Source of the DNA: a virus
Taxonomy: Duplodnaviria; Caudoviricetes
Length of the DNA stretch: 52,889 nt
Direction: 5' to 3' (one strand)
IMG/VR virus record: IMGVR_UViG_3300009082_000023
Coordinates: 1 to 52,889 of that record
In this document: piece by piece, positions 47,186-52,889 of the stretch
How the letters are laid out: each line of letters opens with the position of its first letter
Position numbering within the stretch: the first letter of the stretch is position 1
The notes under the pieces: model-generated
Seen by the model: only the letters and a program-made list of their open reading frames with translations
Told to the model about the DNA's origin: nothing
The model's database searches: none
Position numbers and translations under genes: made by a program

Positions 47186-48169
47186 TCATCTTAGCCACCC
47201 TCCTAATCTAAGCAAATCTATTAAATATTCTTTATCTTTCAAATTATCAGCAGATGAAAATTCTTTTATCCCCGCCGGTGGTCTCTCAAAATAATCCCTG
47301 CCCGTCTTAACTTGCGGGTAAATAACGAAGTAATCTTCATTGACATACCGTGTCCTGTCCGCCTCATCGTGCGAGATAAGCACCTCATGAACCTTCTCTC
47401 CCTCCCTGCGACCTGTCTCAATGACTTCCGTCTGTCCGTAAAAGTCAATAAGCACCTCAAACAAATCCTTAATATAAAACGAAGGCATATTCATAACAAA
47501 CGTCTCTCCACCCTGCCCTAACTCCGTAGCCTGAAATAATAATCCTATTGCCTGCTCAATAGTCAAAAAGAAACGGGTCATTGTGGGATCTGTCATATAA
47601 ACCGGACTCCTTGATTTGATCTGATTAATAACATAAGGAACCAGCGAGCCGTTAGTACCTAAAACATTTCCGCCCCGGATGCAGATGAAGTCCGTATCCG
47701 AACTTAAACAGTTAGCCTGAATAGATAACCGCTCCCCAATCCCTTTAGTGTACCCGTAAAGATTAACCGGGGCCACAGCTTTATCCGTTGATACGTCAAT
47801 AAATTTCTTAATACCGTTTCGGATAGCTGCTGTTATAAGATTCTTTGTACCGATTATATTAGTCTGAATAGCCTCATAAGGATAATTCTCACAGATAGGG
47901 ACGTGTTTTAAAGCTGCCAGATGATAAACATAATCCACCCCTCTCATTACCTGCTCCACTGCTTCCTGATCCCTGACGTCACCGATAACGAAACGAAGCC
48001 TCTTGTCATTAAACTTGCGCTCCATGTCAACCTGGTTTATCTCTCCACGCGAAAAGATAATGACCTCTTTAGGATTCTTTAAAAGCAGTTGCCGGGTCAA
48101 CTCCCGGCCCCAGCTACCAGAACCACCGGTAAGCAGTATTTTAGTATTCATCATGGCCCTGCCTTTCAT
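47186..48169 (-). CDS. UDP-GlcNAc 4,6-dehydratase (PseB/FnlA/CapE family)
   Basis: TGGSGSWG, FSR.E..Q, GDVRD, HLAALKHVP, STDKAV.P.NLYG.TK, MTRF, G.R.GEK.HE. Confidence 0.92.
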   Translation of the reverse strand: MKGRAMMNTKILLTGGSGSWGRELTRQLLLKNPKEVIIFSRGEINQVDMERKFNDKRLRFVIGDVRDQEAVEQVMRGVDYVYHLAALKHVPICENYPYEAIQTNIIGTKNLITAAIRNGIKKFIDVSTDKAVAPVNLYGYTKGIGERLSIQANCLSSDTDFICIRGGNVLGTNGSLVPYVINQIKSRSPVYMTDPTMTRFFLTIEQAIGLLFQATELGQGGETFVMNMPSFYIKDLFEVLIDFYGQTEVIETGRREGEKVHEVLISHDEADRTRYVNEDYFVIYPQVKTGRDYFERPPAGIKEFSSADNLKDKEYLIDLLRLGGWLR

Positions 48170-49277
48170 ATCTGTAATCTTTCCCTAAAAGAATCCTTAC
48201 AACGGTATCAGACACATTCTCCTTAGTGTAATCCGGCAGTCCGCCCCACAGTTGATTCATCTTCATTATTCCCCTGTAAGCATTTAATATATCTTCTTTG
48301 TTTGTTGCTGAAAGTATCACTGATCCGTTTTCAATAAGCTCCTGCCTCTCGGTCGTATTACGAAGTATTATCGTAGGCACTCCAAATAATGAGGTCTCCT
48401 CGGGTACTGTCCCGCTATCAGTTAAAACTAATTTAGCTGACTTTTCAAGTTTAACAAAATCAAAAAATCCTATCGGGTCTATTAACTTCACTTTATCAGA
48501 AAATCTTATGCCATGTTTACCAAACTGATCCTTTGTCCGGGGATGAAACGAATAAACTACCGGCATATCTTCTGCTATCTCATTAACGGCCTCTACAACG
48601 TTCCTGGCACGGGAAGGGTTATCAACATTCTCGGTACGGTGAAAAGTAAGCAGGGCAAATGATTGCGGCTGTTCATAAGGCTTATCATCAAAATCTATAA
48701 ACTTACTCAAATTAAGCCTCTTCAAAATTTCACTATTATCAATTTCATACTCATAAAATTTCAGTACCTCGTTAATCGGGTTGCCAGTCTTGTAAACGAA
48801 GTTCTTTGAATGACCCTCCCTGATAAGATTCTCCTTTGAGTTCTCGGTATAAGGCAAATTATAAGTGGCAAACGAATCAATTATCTTCCGGTTACTCTCC
48901 TCGGGAACCAAAGGATCATAACATCTATTTCCTGCCTCCATGTGATAAACCGGGATGCCGCGTTTAGCTGCCATAATTGTAAGAAGTGAACTGTTTGTGT
49001 CACCCAGAACCAAAACCTTATCCGGCTTCTCTTTAATAAGTATCTGCTCAAATTGCATAAATCCATTACCGATAAATTCCCCTGTTGAATGTGTTCTGGA
49101 GAATATATAGTCAGGTTTGCGAATCCGTAAGTCCTTTAAAAAGATGTCGCTTAGATTCGGGTCGTAGTTCTGCATAGTGAAAACGTGAACGTGACGGCAA
49201 ACATCATCCAATTTACGAAGGATAATTGAGAGCCTTATCAGTTCCGGTCGGGTTCCTGTAATGGTTAATACTGTCAT
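48141..49277 (-). CDS. non-hydrolysing UDP-HexNAc 2-epimerase (FnlC/CapG/WbjD-like)
   Basis: GTRPELIRLS, GDTNS, HMEAGNRC.D..VPEE.NR, TDSGT..EE, TERQE. Confidence 0.92.
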   Translation of the reverse strand: MTVLTITGTRPELIRLSIILRKLDDVCRHVHVFTMQNYDPNLSDIFLKDLRIRKPDYIFSRTHSTGEFIGNGFMQFEQILIKEKPDKVLVLGDTNSSLLTIMAAKRGIPVYHMEAGNRCYDPLVPEESNRKIIDSFATYNLPYTENSKENLIREGHSKNFVYKTGNPINEVLKFYEYEIDNSEILKRLNLSKFIDFDDKPYEQPQSFALLTFHRTENVDNPSRARNVVEAVNEIAEDMPVVYSFHPRTKDQFGKHGIRFSDKVKLIDPIGFFDFVKLEKSAKLVLTDSGTVPEETSLFGVPTIILRNTTERQELIENGSVILSATNKEDILNAYRGIMKMNQLWGGLPDYTKENVSDTVVRILLGKDYRYERQGHDEY

Positions 49278-49945
49278 TTTTTATAAGTTAAATATAATTT
49301 ATTCATTAGTTCCGTCGTAGGTATTATATCGTCTTTAAACTCAGATATTATCTGGGCAACCTCGCCAACAGTTGTGAGATAAACCGGCTTCACTGTCAAA
49401 TATTCTTTTGACTCCCTGAATATGCTCCCCTCCATGAGATTACGAAACTCATTAACAACGTCGTCAACATATACAAGCATGAGCTCTTTATTCGGGTCGT
49501 TTATTTTAAGGTCAATGCCATAGCAGACATTAAATAGGAACGTATTTATTGCTGAGTTATATTCAGGCCTCCCCCAGCGACCAAATACATTAGCGAGCCG
49601 GTATAGATAAACCTTGCCTTTATACCACATTAAAAGCTCCTCCTCCAGACGCTTGTATTGCCCATGTTCCGTATTGCCCATTGCAAGTATTGAAGATGTG
49701 TAAATAATCGGGGGGTAGTTCTCATGCCTGTCAAGTGAAGAAAGAATAAACTGAGTGAGGTGGGTGTCAAATCCCTCCTTTATCCCCGATGCAAGATGAA
49801 AGATAAAATCTACATCTCTAAGGACAATATCAAGATACTCATAGGTATGTTCTTTGTCAAACAACAGGACTTTGTAATCCTGAAGTGCAAACAATAGATT
49901 TTTACCTATAAAGCCGTTGGTTCCTGTTATTAGTATTTTTTTCAT
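49274..49945 (-). CDS. FnlB/CapF/WbjC-like SDR lacking the C-terminal cupin
   Basis: ITGTNGFIGKNL, YRL.NVFG.W.RP.YNS...TF, L.LVYVDDVV, ends KLY.TY. Confidence 0.8.
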   Translation of the reverse strand: MKKILITGTNGFIGKNLLFALQDYKVLLFDKEHTYEYLDIVLRDVDFIFHLASGIKEGFDTHLTQFILSSLDRHENYPPIIYTSSILAMGNTEHGQYKRLEEELLMWYKGKVYLYRLANVFGRWGRPEYNSAINTFLFNVCYGIDLKINDPNKELMLVYVDDVVNEFRNLMEGSIFRESKEYLTVKPVYLTTVGEVAQIISEFKDDIIPTTELMNKLYLTYKK

Positions 49946-50769
49946 ACGTTTTTAATTAAGTTACCTATTATTGTGTTCGGCAGGTTTTTCTCCCCCCCGC
50001 CGGTACGATTAAGAAAGTCAGTCCAGATAACGTTCCCCCCGTACCAATGACATCCTATTGAACCTTCAGTAAACCTTACAGGCGACGACCTCATTAGCTC
50101 ACCAGCAGATACATGATGACAGTCATAAGCATATACTACGTCCATATCCAAGTTAACACCCTTCGGGATCATGTCCATATTCCTGAAATACTTATTGAAT
50201 AAATCCGGCCCCCAGCATTGATATTCCCGGACTTTGTAATTACCGTTAAAGCTATTCTGAAGTATCTCAAAAAACTCGCTGTTCTTTACTGCCAGGTTAA
50301 AGCCAGTAGAGTGTCCGTAATCAGCAATACAAACAAAAACATCCTTATCGGCGTTCTCAGGACAGTTGGCTTTCATATTCTCTATGGGAGCAAAGTAAAG
50401 AATATCCATATCAGTCCACAGTCCCCCTTGCTGATGAAGAGCAACTATACGAATGAAGTCAGCCTTATGAACCTCTGGGGTCTGCCGTGCAAAACCTATT
50501 TTATCAAAGTCCACTTCTTTCATCTCTACGTTTAACTTAGGAAGTTCGGAAAGATAGTTTTTACAAACCTTATCATTAACTACCGGAGTGCCTTTCATAT
50601 AATTCCATGACGGCTGTCCTCTGTAAGGAACTTTAGGATACCACACCACCACCCTCCAATCAGGGTTATGCTTTATGAAAGTCTTTAATGTCAGGTAACG
50701 GATATAAAGCAGATGATCCCCGCCCCAAAAGGTGTGAAGGATTTTCGGTATTCTATTCAGATGCCACAT
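49942..50769 (-). CDS. GT32-like (DXD) glycosyltransferase
   Basis: IPKILH.FWGG, KADFIR...L...GGLWTDMD, WGP. Confidence 0.8.
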   Translation of the reverse strand: MWHLNRIPKILHTFWGGDHLLYIRYLTLKTFIKHNPDWRVVVWYPKVPYRGQPSWNYMKGTPVVNDKVCKNYLSELPKLNVEMKEVDFDKIGFARQTPEVHKADFIRIVALHQQGGLWTDMDILYFAPIENMKANCPENADKDVFVCIADYGHSTGFNLAVKNSEFFEILQNSFNGNYKVREYQCWGPDLFNKYFRNMDMIPKGVNLDMDVVYAYDCHHVSAGELMRSSPVRFTEGSIGCHWYGGNVIWTDFLNRTGGGEKNLPNTIIGNLIKNV

Positions 50770-50772
50770 AGT

Positions 50773-51582
50773 TTATAAACATTTCATCATTGCCTCTTTT
50801 AAAATATCTTCGTACTTGTAATGCTTTAACCCATACTCATAGTTGTCGCCTACAAGCGAAAGCATACGCTCATAAACTTCAGGGGTGAGCTGATTACAAA
50901 CGTTTATTATATCATCAACACTATCAACCATAATCATACCGTATTCATTGAAGTATTCTCCAATCACTGTGCACCCCCAATAAATAGGAACCGTCTTTGT
51001 AATAAAGCAGTCAATTAATTTCTCCGAGAAATAATAACTATTCCTGAATCCCTCAATACAAATATGAAACATACAATCAAATACGTTTACTTTCCACTTC
51101 TTATTAGGCCACGGAGGCATCGGCAAAGTATCTGCCGTCGGTTCAAACTGATTCCATGATCCGCGGTAAATGTCAAACGGTATCTTTATCTCTTTGCGCC
51201 TTGCATAAAGCTCATGCCTTAGTGGATGTCCGGGGGCCACGTTGCGGCTTGTCATCACAATAGACACCCCGAATTTCTTTTTCAGGTCGGGGGCGGGATC
51301 AACAAATGAGCCATTGCCAATCAGCTTAATAGATTTCGGCAATGTTAATAGCTCTGGATATTGAGTAAGCAAAAACGTATAAGCCTGTGGGTTATCTAAT
51401 ATGATTTTGTTATAGTCTCTCCACCCCTCGGTAGTGACAAAAAAACGAATAGTATCTTCAGGTACAGGTGTGAGGTTCTGCGGAATAGTGTTATCAATAC
51501 AGCACTCTACCCGCTTATCAGTTGGCAGGTCTATATTGGCCTCAATGCCTTCAGGGAATATAGATTTCATTAATACTTTCAT
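50773..51582 (-). CDS. GT10 (alpha-1,3-fucosyltransferase)-like protein
   Basis: F.ICIE....YFSEKLIDCF...VPIYWG. Confidence 0.8.
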   Translation of the reverse strand: MKVLMKSIFPEGIEANIDLPTDKRVECCIDNTIPQNLTPVPEDTIRFFVTTEGWRDYNKIILDNPQAYTFLLTQYPELLTLPKSIKLIGNGSFVDPAPDLKKKFGVSIVMTSRNVAPGHPLRHELYARRKEIKIPFDIYRGSWNQFEPTADTLPMPPWPNKKWKVNVFDCMFHICIEGFRNSYYFSEKLIDCFITKTVPIYWGCTVIGEYFNEYGMIMVDSVDDIINVCNQLTPEVYERMLSLVGDNYEYGLKHYKYEDILKEAMMKCL

Positions 51583-52193
51583 GTTTGCATTTTTAAAAAT
51601 TCAGTAAGAAAAATAGGATTAGCGATGTGCCCGCAATCATCACGATACTGAAGATTGAAATATCCATTCTCGTCAGCATATTTATCGTAAACATCAAAAT
51701 ATATAAACCCAAATTCCCCGCATCTATTTTTCAAACATTCATTAAAAAATCTTACATAGCATCTTCTTTCCTCATCTGTGCCTGTACTTGGAAAAGGAGA
51801 TGCAGAAGCAGTCGCCTGAATATTGGATGGTACTACATTAAACACAAATTTTTTGGCTATTTTATATTGGTTAATAGCAAAGAAATAATTTTCAACAATC
51901 TTATCTATAATTTCTTTATAGTATTCTTTATTTCTTCCTATATGAACCCGGCAATCTATTTCTCCAAAGCAAAAACATACCCAATCATTTTTTCTAACCC
52001 CCATATCATAAATAGATGGCCTTTCTATTCCAAATGCAGCACAAGTTTTATCTATTAAATAATGGCAAATAATATTTAATCCAGTTATATTAATACCTCC
52101 CCATGTAAACTCTCTCGCATGACTATCACCTATGATATGTAAATTTATCATATTTTTATTTCTCGTTTCCTGTTTTATATTCACTCCTTCCAT
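51579..52193 (-). CDS. SGNH/GDSL-like esterase or acyltransferase
   Basis: IIGDSHA, FGEIDCR, D..H. Confidence 0.7.
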   Translation of the reverse strand: MEGVNIKQETRNKNMINLHIIGDSHAREFTWGGINITGLNIICHYLIDKTCAAFGIERPSIYDMGVRKNDWVCFCFGEIDCRVHIGRNKEYYKEIIDKIVENYFFAINQYKIAKKFVFNVVPSNIQATASASPFPSTGTDEERRCYVRFFNECLKNRCGEFGFIYFDVYDKYADENGYFNLQYRDDCGHIANPIFLTEFLKMQT

Positions 52194-52839
52194 AGCCTAT
52201 ATTCACAGCATGGTCTTCTAATAAGCAGGCACTACGATAGCCTAAGTCGTGATACCGCTCTCCTATGGCCTGCTCCCGATGCCAGATAGTACCCTGCCAC
52301 GGGATGTCAGCGTATGGCGCAACTTTCTTATAATCTGAAAGTCTTTTCAACCCGCAAGCCGTAGTAAATCCATGCCATGCAAAGTCATTATATCCGTTTT
52401 GTCCTCTCTGATAGTTATCGCAAACCAACTTATAAGACACGTTACCGGCTTTCAATATCTCAGGCTCTAAGGGATGTCCGTTGTAATCCTGCAACCAGAC
52501 CTCTTCTATTTTAGGGTCTTTCATTATTTCCATTGACCGTTCTATAAATCCGGGCTTAGTAATACACCAGTCATCCTCTACGTGGAAAAGCCAGCCCGTC
52601 TTAATGTGCGAATAACCTATGTCAATACTCTTTATCAGTCCATAGTTCTTATCATTCAAAACAAAGGTAACATTAACATAGGTATCTCTTAATTGCCGGT
52701 GTATATTAGTATCGCCTGAGTCGTTGACTATTATAAACTCACTTATCGGATAAGTGTTTATCTCTACAAATGCACTTACCGACCTGTATAATAAATCAAG
52801 CCTGCGACAACTAAAGAATATTACCGTCAATCTTTGCAT
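52156..52839 (-). CDS. GT2-like glycosyltransferase
   Basis: SCRR.DLL, IVNDS, FHVEDDW. Confidence 0.8.
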   Translation of the reverse strand: MQRLTVIFFSCRRLDLLYRSVSAFVEINTYPISEFIIVNDSGDTNIHRQLRDTYVNVTFVLNDKNYGLIKSIDIGYSHIKTGWLFHVEDDWCITKPGFIERSMEIMKDPKIEEVWLQDYNGHPLEPEILKAGNVSYKLVCDNYQRGQNGYNDFAWHGFTTACGLKRLSDYKKVAPYADIPWQGTIWHREQAIGERYHDLGYRSACLLEDHAVNIGYGRSEYKTGNEK

Positions 52840-52889
52840 ATTGTTTTCTATTCTGAATCAACTCCGTTATCCTTAACTGCTCCGAGGTG
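52767..52889. repeat. 123-bp exact direct terminal repeat (copy 2)
   Basis: identical to 1..123. Confidence 0.97.

Noticed and set aside
329-52058. Plus-strand and nested ORFs in the six-frame track
   Set aside because: They overlap well-supported minus-strand genes and have no recognisable motifs.

Overview
The window is an apparently complete, circular tailed-phage genome of 52,766 bp. The first 123 bp are repeated exactly at the end, and essentially all genes lie on the minus strand. The likely host is a Bacteroidota bacterium, based on TTTG-N19/20-TAnnTTTG promoters, A-rich starts without Shine-Dalgarno sites, and BT4734-type primase and DUF4373-type initiator genes. Modules in transcription order: a ~10.5 kb glycan-biosynthesis island split by the window ends (52839->47186 and 4884->45); terminase/portal/head genes interleaved with three more glycosyltransferases and a methyltransferase; Cys-rich head-tail and tail genes with a -1 frameshifted tail chaperone and tape measure; fibres; lysis; a circularly permuted, highly reduced two-piece tmRNA gene with its own promoter and terminator; then recombination, replication and accessory genes. 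I found no integrase, reverse transcriptase, smpB or CRISPR array. The main points of interest are the permuted phage tmRNA, about 17 sugar-modifying genes occupying roughly a quarter of the genome, and a circularly permuted DUF1566-like lectin domain on a virion protein. All family assignments come from motif recognition by eye, not database searches.
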